Below are positions 24,173 to 33,526 of a stretch of 64,000 nucleotides of DNA, piece by piece; within the stretch, counting starts at the first letter, position 1; the number at the start of each line of letters is the position of its first letter. The notes beneath the pieces were generated by a model that saw only the letters and a list, made by a program, of their open reading frames with translations, was not told where the DNA came from and searched no databases. This DNA comes from Nitrospirales bacterium (GTDB taxonomy: Bacteria; Nitrospirota; Nitrospiria; Nitrospirales; NS-4), in NCBI GenBank assembly GCA_030648395.1, contig JAUSHW010000201.1, forward strand, positions 1,046-65,045. Direction: 5' to 3'. The translations under genes were made by a program, and so were the position numbers.

Positions 24173-26301
24173 AATCCAAGACGCTCTACCCCTCGCGCTA
24201 TCGGTCCTCGTCCAAGCAGATGTCGATGCCGACGGTCTCCTACGACACCATTCACTGTGTGGGCGGTCTGGATCAGCTCACGCCCTCCCTCTCACTCAAT
24301 ACAGGGGCGGTGCGCGACGGGCGGAATTTTGAATGCGCGCCCACGCTGAACCAGCAACGCCAACCGACCGGCGGCTATACGCGCACCGGCGGCTACGAGC
24401 GATACAACGGAGAGGCCAGTCCCTCTGACGCGTCCTACCAGGTCATTCAGGTCACGAGTTTTACGAATGTCCCCACGGTCGGGCAGACGCTGACCGGATT
24501 CTCCTCGAGCGCGACGGGGCAGATTATTGCCGTCGTGGAGGCGTCGCTCTACGTCGTCCTGACTAAAATCGTGGGCGCCTTTACCAGCGTTGAGGTGGTG
24601 AAAGTCGGCGCGACGACGATCGGCACGGCCACGAGTACGACGGTCAGCGTCACCGCCCTCCTCAACGCCCAGTACAAGAACCTCGCCGCGGACGTGTACC
24701 GGGCGCTCATCGACGCGGTCCCCGGATCGGGCGAGGTGCGGGGGGTCATTGGGGCGACCTTTAGCGGTGTGGACTGTGTGTACGCCTTCCGCGATAACGC
24801 CGCCGGGACGGCCTGTGACCTCTATCAGGCGAGCGCCAGCGGCTGGACTCAGATTACGCTCTACAACGAAATCAGTTTCACGCTCGGTGGTACGGGGACG
24901 CCTGCAGACGGCGCCACGCTCACGGAGGGCGGCGTGACGGCGACGATCAAGCGCGTTATGCTCCAATCCGGGAGTTGGGCGGCCGGGACGGCGGCGGGGC
25001 GATTTATCGTCACGAACCCGGCCGGTGGGGATTTTAGCGCCGGGGCGGCGACGGCGGGCGCAGTGGGGGTGACCCTCTCCGCAATCCAAACCGCGATCAC
25101 AATCACGGCCGGCGGGGAGTACGAGTTCGATGTCGTCAACTTCTTCGGCCAGGCGGGGACGAAGCGAATCTACGGGGCGGACAATACCAATCGGGGGTTT
25201 GAGTTTGACGGGACGACCTACGCGCCCATCACGACCGGGACGACGAACGATCACCCGAAGTATGTCAAGGCCCATAAGACGCACCTGTTCTGGGCCTTTG
25301 AGAGCTCCGCCATTCATAGCGGGCCGGGGCTTCCCTATACCTACACGGCTCTATCTGGGGGCAGCGAAATTGCGACCGGGGATCTCATCGCGGGATTTCA
25401 AATCCTCCCTGGGATGCAGACCACTGCGGCCATGGCGATCTACGGGAGCGAAACCACCCATATCCTCTACGGGACCACGGCGGCGACCTGGAGTCTGGTC
25501 CCCTTTAATTCGGGTATCGGGGCGCTGGATCACACGGCGCAGAATCTGGCCCAGTCATATATTCTGGATAACGTCGGCCTCTCGAGTCTCCAGACGAGCC
25601 AATCCTACGGCAACTTTGCCCAGTCCTACCTGACGCATAACATTCAGACGTTCATCAATAGCAAGCGCTCGCTCGTCTCCTGTTCGACCGTCTCGCGCGC
25701 GAAGAGCCAGTATCGGCTCTTCTTCACAGACGCGAGCGCGCTCTACGTGACGATCGTCAACGGGAAACTCCTCGGCTCCATGCCGCAGTATTTTGCGGAC
25801 GCCTTCTCGTGTGTCTGGAATCGACGCACGTCCACGGGCGCGGAGGTCACGTACGCGGGTGCCGCGACGGGCGGCTATGTCTTCGAGCTCGATCAGGGCT
25901 CCTCCTTCGACGGCGCGGATATTGACGCCTACATCACGCTCAACTGGAACGCGGTGCGCTCGCCCCAGACGCTGAAGGACTTCCTGCACGCGTCGCTCGA
26001 GATTGATGGAAACTTCTACGCCGCTATCAGCTTTGGGTATGAACTGGGGTATGCCACAACCACCCTCACGCAGCAGACGCCTGTAAATTACGCAACGGGG
26101 TTCTCGGGCGCGCCCGTGTGGGACACGTTCGTCTGGGATAGCTTTACCTGGGACGGGGTGACGCTCTTCCCGACGGAGGTCGACATGACCGGGACGGCGG
26201 AGAATTACCGCATCACCATCCGATCGGGGACGGACTACATCTATCCCTTTACCGTGAATACCATCATCGCGCACTACATTCCGCGGAGAGGAAAACGCTA
26301 A
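24169..26301 (+). CDS. nozzle / tail tubular protein B-like (710 aa)
   Basis: GTGA overlap. The call rests on size and synteny. Beta-rich composition. Confidence 0.45.
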   Translation: MKSKTLYPSRYRSSSKQMSMPTVSYDTIHCVGGLDQLTPSLSLNTGAVRDGRNFECAPTLNQQRQPTGGYTRTGGYERYNGEASPSDASYQVIQVTSFTNVPTVGQTLTGFSSSATGQIIAVVEASLYVVLTKIVGAFTSVEVVKVGATTIGTATSTTVSVTALLNAQYKNLAADVYRALIDAVPGSGEVRGVIGATFSGVDCVYAFRDNAAGTACDLYQASASGWTQITLYNEISFTLGGTGTPADGATLTEGGVTATIKRVMLQSGSWAAGTAAGRFIVTNPAGGDFSAGAATAGAVGVTLSAIQTAITITAGGEYEFDVVNFFGQAGTKRIYGADNTNRGFEFDGTTYAPITTGTTNDHPKYVKAHKTHLFWAFESSAIHSGPGLPYTYTALSGGSEIATGDLIAGFQILPGMQTTAAMAIYGSETTHILYGTTAATWSLVPFNSGIGALDHTAQNLAQSYILDNVGLSSLQTSQSYGNFAQSYLTHNIQTFINSKRSLVSCSTVSRAKSQYRLFFTDASALYVTIVNGKLLGSMPQYFADAFSCVWNRRTSTGAEVTYAGAATGGYVFELDQGSSFDGADIDAYITLNWNAVRSPQTLKDFLHASLEIDGNFYAAISFGYELGYATTTLTQQTPVNYATGFSGAPVWDTFVWDSFTWDGVTLFPTEVDMTGTAENYRITIRSGTDYIYPFTVNTIIAHYIPRRGKR

Positions 26302-27236
26302 TGGCTTTCTATACGCACGGCGGGGTACCGGCTCAGGGGTCTACAGGCGCGTCGGCTGAAATCCGCGCAGAGTTGGATTCCATCGCGGCGAGCTTTGTCC
26401 TCCTTGGCGCGCTGACGGCGGACCGCGCGATCGTCAACAATAGCGGCGGTACCGCACGCACGGTCACGGCCGGGACGCTGGCGCTCCCGTACAATTTTGC
26501 GATTGCCGGGGCCGCGATCACGCTCACGGCGACGGGGACCACGAACGTGACGCTCCCCACGAGTGGGACGCTGCTGGCGACGAACGGCAGTGCCGCCGAC
26601 CTCACGAGTTTCCCGACGTTGAACCAGAATACGACCGGCTCGTCCGCGTCCTGTACGGGGAACGCCGCCACGGTGACTACGAATGCTAACCTGAGCGGGG
26701 ACGTCTCGTCCTCCGGGAATACCACGACGATTGGCTCGCTCAAGGTGACCAACGGGATGATCGCCAATACGACAATCGACCTGGCGGCCAAAGTCACCGG
26801 CGTTTTGCCGACCGCCAACGGCGGGACAGGGATTGCGTACTTCACGGCCGCGGGGCCCACGGCTGCGCGTGTCTATACCTTCCCGGACGCGGCGATGTCG
26901 GTCGGCTATCTGAACATCCCCCAGAACAGTCAGAGCGCGGCGTACGAACTAATACTGACTGACTCAGGGAAGCATATCCTCCACCCCGCGGCGGACACCA
27001 CGGCGCGCATCTGGACGATTCCTGCGAATGGGTCCGTTGCCTTCCCTGTGGGGACGGCGATTACCTTCGTCAACGAAACGCTGGGTGGCGTGATTACGAT
27101 TTCCATTACGTCCGATACGCTCCTCTTCACAGATGGGACAACTGGGAGCCGTAGTCTCGCGGCCAGTTCCATCGCCACGGCGCTCAAGATTACGACGACA
27201 AAATGGATCATCAGCGGCTCCGCGGGGCTGACGTAA
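26301..27236 (+). CDS. tail fibre/spike-like protein (311 aa)
   Basis: TAATG overlap. Thr/Ser/Gly/Ala/Asn-rich. The N-terminus GASAEIRAELDSIAASF resembles fibre anchors. Confidence 0.6.
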   Translation: MAFYTHGGVPAQGSTGASAEIRAELDSIAASFVLLGALTADRAIVNNSGGTARTVTAGTLALPYNFAIAGAAITLTATGTTNVTLPTSGTLLATNGSAADLTSFPTLNQNTTGSSASCTGNAATVTTNANLSGDVSSSGNTTTIGSLKVTNGMIANTTIDLAAKVTGVLPTANGGTGIAYFTAAGPTAARVYTFPDAAMSVGYLNIPQNSQSAAYELILTDSGKHILHPAADTTARIWTIPANGSVAFPVGTAITFVNETLGGVITISITSDTLLFTDGTTGSRSLAASSIATALKITTTKWIISGSAGLT

Positions 27237-27239
27237 GCC

Positions 27240-28067
27240 ATGGGCGCGGCGCAACAAGTCATTCTCGCGGGCGGGGCGCCGAAGACGTACGACATGCTGG
27301 TCGTGGCTGGCGGGGCCTCCGGCGGAAGCAACGAGGCCGGCGGCGGCGGGGCCGGTGGGGTTCATAACTATACTACACAGACGCTCGTCGTGGGTGTGGG
27401 CTACGCCGTCACGGTTGGCGCTGGCGGTGTGGGCGTTACGAACGCGAACGGGAACCCTGGGACGAATTCGGTATTTGCTGGCACGTCCACGCTGACGGCA
27501 GGCGGGGGCGGATACGGCAACGGGGTCCTCGGAAACGGCGGCGCGGGAGGATCTGGCGGTGGTGGCGGCGGCACGACGGCCACGACCGGGGGTGCCGCGA
27601 ACGGCAACGGAACGGGCAACGCGGGCGGCGGCGGCACGCTGGATACCTCGCGTGTCGGCGGCGGTGGCGGCGGGTACACGGCCGCTGGACAGACTGCGAC
27701 GACGAATGGTATTGGAGGGAACGGCGGAGCCGGTCTCACTCTCGACGCTACGACCGCCGGCTTGTCGTCATTTAGTGGCATGACCGTGGTCGCATCGGGC
27801 GGCGGGGGATCTGGAAATGTGACCCCCGGGACCGGTGGAACGGGGGCCGGGAATGCGGTGTATGCCGGCGGCGGCGGGTCTGCCACCTCGTTTGGTTCTG
27901 GCGGGGGCGCGAACGGAGACGGCGGGTCTCCCAGCGGCGCGGGCAAGGCCGGCGTCGTCGTCGTCCGTTATGCCGGCGCGCAGTCCGCGACCGGCGGGAA
28001 CGTGATCACCACCACGGGCGGATTTACCTACCATGTGTTTACGAGCAACGGAACATTTACGCCCTAA
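27240..28067 (+). CDS. glycine-rich domain protein (275 aa)
   Basis: Runs of GGGGxG and NGNG. The ending GKAGVVVVRYAG...GGFTYHVFTSNGTF is typical of phage glycine-rich fibre-module proteins. Confidence 0.65.
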   Translation: MGAAQQVILAGGAPKTYDMLVVAGGASGGSNEAGGGGAGGVHNYTTQTLVVGVGYAVTVGAGGVGVTNANGNPGTNSVFAGTSTLTAGGGGYGNGVLGNGGAGGSGGGGGGTTATTGGAANGNGTGNAGGGGTLDTSRVGGGGGGYTAAGQTATTNGIGGNGGAGLTLDATTAGLSSFSGMTVVASGGGGSGNVTPGTGGTGAGNAVYAGGGGSATSFGSGGGANGDGGSPSGAGKAGVVVVRYAGAQSATGGNVITTTGGFTYHVFTSNGTFTP

Positions 28068-28079
28068 AGGAGATCGACG

Positions 28080-28421
28080 ATGCCACCCGGAGATAACACA
28101 CAACAGGCCGCGACGATTGCCTCCCAGGCGAGCGGGATCTTGAGTCACATCGGGACGCTCGGGTCGCTCATCAATACGATCGGCTTCGCGAATGTCTTGA
28201 TTGCCGGCGGGATGGTGTGGGTCTTTTCCTTCTTTATGGGCTGGGTGCCGAACCCGCTCGTGAGTTCGACGTCGTTCAATACCCACATCGAGAGCCAGGC
28301 TGAGCAAGTTCGGTTTACGAGGGAGATGGTCAAGCAACTGCGCGAGATTAAGTGCGACGGGAAGACCACGCTTCGGGAGACGAAGGACTGCTACAAGCAA
28401 GAGTCCATCGACTGGAAGTAG
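28080..28421 (+). CDS. membrane protein, holin candidate (113 aa)
   Basis: AAAGGAG RBS. Hydrophobic helix FANVLIAGGMVWVFSFFMGWV, then a charged C-terminus. First gene of the lysis cluster. Confidence 0.45.
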   Translation: MPPGDNTQQAATIASQASGILSHIGTLGSLINTIGFANVLIAGGMVWVFSFFMGWVPNPLVSSTSFNTHIESQAEQVRFTREMVKQLREIKCDGKTTLRETKDCYKQESIDWK

Positions 28422-28424
28422 GCC

Positions 28425-28838
28425 ATGCGCCTGACGTTGAACCGCTACCTGTACCACCCGTGGGGGATCTTCTCCCGGTGGATCCGTGACGACGGCAGCC
28501 AACTTATGGTGTCCCTCACGCACGCCTTCGCGGAGGCGGAGACCTGGCTCCCGATCGTCAAACCAGGGGAGTACGTCATGCGGCGGTATCAGAGCCCACA
28601 CTTTGGGCTCGTGTGGGAGATTTGCGACGTCCCGGGGCACACGTATATCCTCGTCCACGCGGGGAATTTCAACCTCGATTCGGAGGGCTGTGAGGTCGTC
28701 GGCGAGGACATCGCCATCGGCGACGATCCGCGGACCCAGGGGCCGGACGAGATGGTCACGAACAGCAAAGCCGCCTTGAAGAAATTCATGGCGGAAACGG
28801 CGGCCGAGGACGTGCTATACTTGACTGTGAACGGATAA
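28425..28838 (+). CDS. DUF5675-like protein in the endolysin slot (137 aa)
   Basis: PGEYVMRRYQSPHFGLVWEICDVPGHTYILVHAGNFNLDSEGCEVVG follows the pattern G.Y.....SP.F......VPG...I.IH.GN...D..GC. It lies between the holin candidate and the spanins. Confidence 0.55.
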   Translation: MRLTLNRYLYHPWGIFSRWIRDDGSQLMVSLTHAFAEAETWLPIVKPGEYVMRRYQSPHFGLVWEICDVPGHTYILVHAGNFNLDSEGCEVVGEDIAIGDDPRTQGPDEMVTNSKAALKKFMAETAAEDVLYLTVNG

Positions 28839-28848
28839 AGGAGACCCC

Positions 28849-28968
28849 ATGAGCGAGATTCAAAAACTTCGGACCTGGTTGAAATGGCAGTGGCTGGATC
28901 ACTGGCCGGAAATCCTGAGGGGCACGGCGATCTTCGTGGTGGGCGCGTATCTCGGCTCGAAGATCTGA
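28849..28968 (+). CDS. 39-aa single-TM mini-protein (holin/antiholin-type candidate)
   Basis: Hand translation: MSEIQKLRTWLKWQWLDHWPEILRGTAIFVVGAYLGSKI. AAAGGAG RBS. TGATG overlap with the Rz-like gene. Confidence 0.45.
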   Translation: MSEIQKLRTWLKWQWLDHWPEILRGTAIFVVGAYLGSKI

Positions 28969-29498
28969 TGCCGATTGGCATCCCCTACGGGCTGCTGATC
29001 AAACTGGCGCTGCTGATTGCACTCGTGGGCGGGATCTTCTTCGCCGGCGCCCACTGGAAGCAGACGCAGTGGGACGCCGCCATCATGGAGCAGTCCGTGA
29101 AGGTGGCCCACGTCATCGTCGAGGTGGCGCAATTAACCGGGACAATTGCCGCGGAGCACGCGCGCACGACCGTGAAGACCGCGGCCCGGCACGAGGCCCT
29201 CAGAAAGGACGTCGCTGACCATGCCCCTACCACTCGAACGATTCGGATCTCTCCTGTTCTTGAGCGTGTGTTTGATGACATTGGCGGCGTGCGCGGACGT
29301 CCAGACGGTGTGCCCGCCCCCGCCGGTCATCCCGCAGCAGCTCCTGACTCACCAGAAGATGGAGCCACGCTCGCTGAGGTCCTTCAGGCCTACGAGTACG
29401 TCAGCGACCACTACGACGCCCTCTGGGACGACTACCACGCCCTAGTGGAGATTATCGTGCAGACGGACGCCATTGTGAAAAAGGGAAGCGGGAACTAA
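28968..29498 (+). CDS. i-spanin (Rz-like)
   Basis: ORF 28884..29498 trimmed to MPIGIPYGLLIKLALLIALVGGIFFAG (N-terminal TM), then a charged helical periplasmic part. It contains an embedded +1-frame lipoprotein ORF. Confidence 0.65.
   Translation: MPIGIPYGLLIKLALLIALVGGIFFAGAHWKQTQWDAAIMEQSVKVAHVIVEVAQLTGTIAAEHARTTVKTAARHEALRKDVADHAPTTRTIRISPVLERVFDDIGGVRGRPDGVPAPAGHPAAAPDSPEDGATLAEVLQAYEYVSDHYDALWDDYHALVEIIVQTDAIVKKGSGN
29221..29445 (+). CDS. o-spanin (Rz1-like lipoprotein), embedded in the +1 frame of the Rz-like gene
   Basis: ORF track, 74 aa. Signal peptide plus lipobox LMTLAAC, followed by Pro-rich CPPPPVIPQQ. Wholly inside 28968..29498 in another frame. Confidence 0.65.
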   Translation: MPLPLERFGSLLFLSVCLMTLAACADVQTVCPPPPVIPQQLLTHQKMEPRSLRSFRPTSTSATTTTPSGTTTTP

Positions 29499-29499
29499 G

Positions 29500-30543
29500 A
29501 TGCCCGACGCGCAAGGAAATCTTCTCCCCGGCGAGGCCGGCTATCAGGCTCCGGGCACCGGCCTGCTCAACTCCACGCCAGGCCAGACGAATGTGACCCC
29601 CGGGGCGCCAATCGTCAACTACACGCCCGCGCTCGCGGAGCCCAAGGCCGCGACCGCGACGGGCTATACGCCCACACCCTACGGCGTCGCACCGAAGCAG
29701 ACGGTCGCTGAGCAGGTCAAGACGATCGTCGGCGAGGACAGTCCGCTGATGCAGCAGGCGGCCACGCGTGCGAAGCAGACGATGGTGGACCGTGGGCTGC
29801 TGAATTCGTCCCTGGCGATTGACGCCGGTCAGAACGCGGTGATCGCCCAGGCCATGCCCATTGCCACGGCCGACGCCGCGACGTACGACCGCGCGGCCAC
29901 GAATACCGCCAATGCCGAGAACGCCTCCAAGGGTATCCTCACGCAGGCGACCAACACGGCCGAGCTACAGAACGCGAACGCGGCGACGAGCGTGGACGTC
30001 TCGAACGCCGGGAATATCAATTTTGCGCTCAATGTGGGCGCCACGGCCGCAAACACCGCCGCGCTCAACAAGGCCCTCGCGGGGATTGACAACGAGGTTA
30101 AACTCCAACTCGGCACGCTCGACGCCCAGAATCGCCAGCTCCTGCAGACGAACGCCAACGCCGCGAATATGTACCAGGAGACGGTCAAGAACATTGCCGC
30201 TATTGCGACCGATCATACGATCAGCGAGGAGGCGAAGAAGACCGCCACGGCCACGCAGATGAATCTCCTGAACGAGGGCCTGCGGACGACCGCGGCCGTC
30301 GCGGCCACCGCGCAGGCGGCCGTCAGCGCGCTGGATCTGAGCTCCTACTTCCAGGACACGAGCGGGAGCCTCTCGGGCTCGCAGACGATCACCCCGGGCG
30401 GCACCTTCGCCGGCCAGGGCGGGCAGAAGTACGCCACGCAGTCCGCCGCGGACAATAGCTGGCCGCGGCCGGCGGATCTTGGGCAGGCCGGGCATCCGTA
30501 TCACTTCGTGGCCGGCACGGGCTGGGTCGCGGGGGCCGAGTGA
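29500..30543 (+). CDS. internal virion/ejection-type protein (347 aa)
   Basis: Ala/Thr/Asn/Gln-rich and low-complexity helical. Position between the lysis cassette and the giant ORF. Confidence 0.5.
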   Translation: MPDAQGNLLPGEAGYQAPGTGLLNSTPGQTNVTPGAPIVNYTPALAEPKAATATGYTPTPYGVAPKQTVAEQVKTIVGEDSPLMQQAATRAKQTMVDRGLLNSSLAIDAGQNAVIAQAMPIATADAATYDRAATNTANAENASKGILTQATNTAELQNANAATSVDVSNAGNINFALNVGATAANTAALNKALAGIDNEVKLQLGTLDAQNRQLLQTNANAANMYQETVKNIAAIATDHTISEEAKKTATATQMNLLNEGLRTTAAVAATAQAAVSALDLSSYFQDTSGSLSGSQTITPGGTFAGQGGQKYATQSAADNSWPRPADLGQAGHPYHFVAGTGWVAGAE

Positions 30544-31010
30544 TCCGCCCGCTCGTTCTGCAGGAGCTGGGGGACTGTGAACCGTTTGCGAAGGCGTTCC
30601 ATGAGGAGCTGCAGCTCCCGGGCGTCTTCTCGATCGAGGCCTTCACGAAGACGTGGACGTTCCTCCTGACGGCGCCAACGGTTGCGGCGGTCATCTTTGG
30701 GCTGTTCGAGGACGACCGACTGATCGGTGGCCTGGGCGCGATGATTGCGGACGATCTGAACACGGGGGCGAGGACGGCGAATGAGATGTTCTGGTTCGTC
30801 GACGCGACCCATCGCAAAGGATCGGGGGCCTTTCGACTGGTTCATGAGTTTGAGCGATGGGGTGATCAGCATGACGCGAGTGACTTCCGCCTGGTGCATA
30901 TGCTGAGCAAGGATGGCCTGCGGTTCGAGAAGATTTACGACCATATGGGCTATCGGCCGATCGAGGTCGCGTACCTCAAGCCGAACCCGCGCTTTCTGAG
31001 GGAGACGTAA
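30540..31010 (+). CDS. GNAT-family N-acetyltransferase-like protein (156 aa)
   Basis: GTGA overlap. HRKGSGAFRLV fits the acetyl-CoA pyrophosphate-binding motif (Q/R)xxGxG/A. Size and beta-alpha pattern fit GNAT. Confidence 0.55.
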   Translation: MIRPLVLQELGDCEPFAKAFHEELQLPGVFSIEAFTKTWTFLLTAPTVAAVIFGLFEDDRLIGGLGAMIADDLNTGARTANEMFWFVDATHRKGSGAFRLVHEFERWGDQHDASDFRLVHMLSKDGLRFEKIYDHMGYRPIEVAYLKPNPRFLRET

Positions 31011-31011
31011 G

Positions 31012-32016
31012 ATGCCTGTCTTTACCACCGCCGCTGTTGCGGTCGCCGCTGCCGTTGCCTCAACGACAGCTATTACGGTTGCCGCGGCCGTAGTTGCCGT
31101 CTCGGCCGCCATTGGTGTCGTCGGCCTGGCCCTGAGTGTCGTCGGGGCGATTACGGGCGATCAGACTATCAGCAAGATCGGGAAGTACATGGGCTACGCC
31201 GGTATCGCCGGCGGCCTCGCGGGCGGGGCCATCGGCGGCATTGGGGCCCTGAGCGCCGGCGCCGAGGGGGGCTTCCTGGCCGGGGCGACGAAACCATTTG
31301 AGACCGTTGCCTCGCTGACCGACCAGGTGTGGAAGAACTACGGGGAGCTGAATCTGTTCACCGGGACGACCTCCATCGCCGACCAGGCCTCGGCCGTCAA
31401 TATCACAAGCGGCGCCGTACCGATGATTCCCGCTGGCACAGGGGAGGCCGGGGCGGGTGTCTTGAATTCACCACCTCCGCTCATCACGGATCAGGCGGCA
31501 ATCGGCACGCATGAAATCGAGCAGGCCGGACAGACGGCCGGACAGACGGCCGGACAGGCGCCCGTCAACCCGCCGCCCGCTGCCGCGCCAGGGGCCCCGA
31601 CGGTTCTTAATACGGACGCCACGACACGCGGAGGCATTCTCAATACAGGAGCTAATCTGACCGTCGGAAATCCCGCGGGCGTGCCAGGGGCGACGAGCCT
31701 TCGCGAGATTACAGCCTCGCCTGGCGGCTTCTTGAAGTGGTTTAATGAGCAGGACGCCTTCACGAAGTACGCCGTCATGCAGGGAGGGGCAGGCCTTGTA
31801 ACGACGGCCGGGAGCACCTTGTCGGGCCTCTACGCGTCCGCCAACGAGAGCGATAAACTCAGGTTTGAACAGGAACGGCAGTCCTTTGTCCAGGCCCAGC
31901 AGGCGGTAATCAATCAGCGTACGGGGACGGCCCCCTCGGTGACGTTCGACAAGCGGCGCGCGGTGGCGGATGCCAGTGGGCGAGTCATTCGCCCGGCCGA
32001 TATGCTGGGCGCATAA
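31012..32016 (+). CDS. membrane-anchored internal virion-type protein (334 aa)
   Basis: The N-terminal ~90 aa are Ala/Val/Gly-rich hydrophobic helices. Contains a 3x12-bp tandem repeat at 31525..31560 (AGQT AGQT AGQA). Confidence 0.55.
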   Translation: MPVFTTAAVAVAAAVASTTAITVAAAVVAVSAAIGVVGLALSVVGAITGDQTISKIGKYMGYAGIAGGLAGGAIGGIGALSAGAEGGFLAGATKPFETVASLTDQVWKNYGELNLFTGTTSIADQASAVNITSGAVPMIPAGTGEAGAGVLNSPPPLITDQAAIGTHEIEQAGQTAGQTAGQAPVNPPPAAAPGAPTVLNTDATTRGGILNTGANLTVGNPAGVPGATSLREITASPGGFLKWFNEQDAFTKYAVMQGGAGLVTTAGSTLSGLYASANESDKLRFEQERQSFVQAQQAVINQRTGTAPSVTFDKRRAVADASGRVIRPADMLGA

Positions 32017-32026
32017 GGGAGCAACC

Positions 32027-32560
32027 ATGGCAAAGGCAATTCAGGATCCCATCCTCAGACAGATTAAGTCCGGCATCGAGGCCAAGATCCCGGCGGACAT
32101 GAAGCGCGACTACCTGGCCGTCGTCACGGCCGGACTCAAGCTGATGTACTCCGACGAGACGCATCACTTTATGCAGGAGTTCCTCGACGGCGTTAAGGCC
32201 AAGGGCGAGGACCCGAAGGCGATCGCCCAGGGGATCGTGAAGCTGGCGACGGTCATCCAGAACGAGAGCAAGCGTCCGGAGATCATCCCGGCCATCTTCC
32301 CGGCGGCGTTGGTCCTCATGTGCTACGCCCTCGAGGATCTCGAGAAGGCCCACGGGGTGGACTTCTCGAAGGAACAGGTGTCCGAGATCACGAAGCTGGT
32401 CATGTTCCAGCTCATGAAGGTCTACAAGATTGACCCGAAACAGATCCACCAGGCGGTGCAGACCGGTGTTCCGAAGCCCGGGCAGGAGCCTGTCGCGCAA
32501 GAGCCTGCGGCGCCGACGGCACCTCCGGGAGGCGGCTTGCTCGCGCAGGCGGAGGTGTAA
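32027..32560 (+). CDS. hypothetical virion-module protein (177 aa)
   Basis: ORF 31970..32560 trimmed to MAKAIQDP. AAGGGAG RBS. Confidence 0.55.
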   Translation: MAKAIQDPILRQIKSGIEAKIPADMKRDYLAVVTAGLKLMYSDETHHFMQEFLDGVKAKGEDPKAIAQGIVKLATVIQNESKRPEIIPAIFPAALVLMCYALEDLEKAHGVDFSKEQVSEITKLVMFQLMKVYKIDPKQIHQAVQTGVPKPGQEPVAQEPAAPTAPPGGGLLAQAEV

Positions 32561-32563
32561 GCG

Positions 32564-33526
32564 ATGAGTCGAGGACTATTAGGCGCACTCAGCGGATTTG
32601 GACGGGGGCTCGAGAAGGTCGGGGAGCTCGCCGGGAAGACGGCCTCGGAGGGGTTTCTCCTGAGCGAGCGGGCGAAGTACGACGAGCTGCGGGATACGCG
32701 GCATGAGAAGTACCAGGTCGCGCGCGAAGAGCTCGCTGAGGGGCGTGCCATCGCGCGCGCAGACGTGGCCGAGGGGCGTGCCGTGGCATCCCAGGGGCGA
32801 GTGTTTGCTCAGGAGCAGGATCGTTGGACGGCCCAGCTCTGGTCGGCCGAGGGGATCAGCGAGGCAAACCGTAAACAGTTGGACGAGCACTTCAAGGCCA
32901 CCACGGAGCATCAGAAGGGGGTGCTTGCCCTGCAGAATCGACAGGTTGATCTCAGCGAAGCACAACTCCGACAGAATGGGACGAAGACGCTCGAACTGAA
33001 GGACGGAACGATTGCCATCTACTCCGTGAACGGCGGGAAGGCAAAGGTGCACGGGCTTCTACTCGGATCGGACGAGAAACCACTTCGTCTCAAGGCGACC
33101 CTCTCAGACGTTGAGAAGTCGCAAATACTCTCCCTCAGGGAGGAGATGACCCACACGATCGACGCGGCCAAGGCCCCCTCGTCGATGGGATGGAGCGACA
33201 CGCAACGGGCTGAGAATAGCGCCCACGTCTCGGAGCTGCAGAAGAAAATTCAAGCCTTTGGCGAGCCGGCGGCTCCCGAGAAGGCCGCGGCGCTCAAACT
33301 TGCCAGTCCGGCCCAGGCGGCGCAATACCGCAAGCAAAATGCAGGCAAGAGCGAGGCCGAACTCAAGGCCGGTGCTGCGAAGGCAGGCTATACGCTCCCG
33401 CCGCTCACACCGAGCGGCGATATACTCAATTCAGGACCCCTTGCTTCGTACACGCCCGCGGAACAGGCTGAAATTGATTCAGCCTACGAGCGCCTGAAGC
33501 AAGGACGCGCCAGCCAACTCCCGTAA
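32564..33526 (+). CDS. coiled-coil protein (320 aa)
   Basis: ORF track. Charged helical repeats (AEGRAIARADVAEGRAVA). Confidence 0.55.
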   Translation: MSRGLLGALSGFGRGLEKVGELAGKTASEGFLLSERAKYDELRDTRHEKYQVAREELAEGRAIARADVAEGRAVASQGRVFAQEQDRWTAQLWSAEGISEANRKQLDEHFKATTEHQKGVLALQNRQVDLSEAQLRQNGTKTLELKDGTIAIYSVNGGKAKVHGLLLGSDEKPLRLKATLSDVEKSQILSLREEMTHTIDAAKAPSSMGWSDTQRAENSAHVSELQKKIQAFGEPAAPEKAAALKLASPAQAAQYRKQNAGKSEAELKAGAAKAGYTLPPLTPSGDILNSGPLASYTPAEQAEIDSAYERLKQGRASQLP

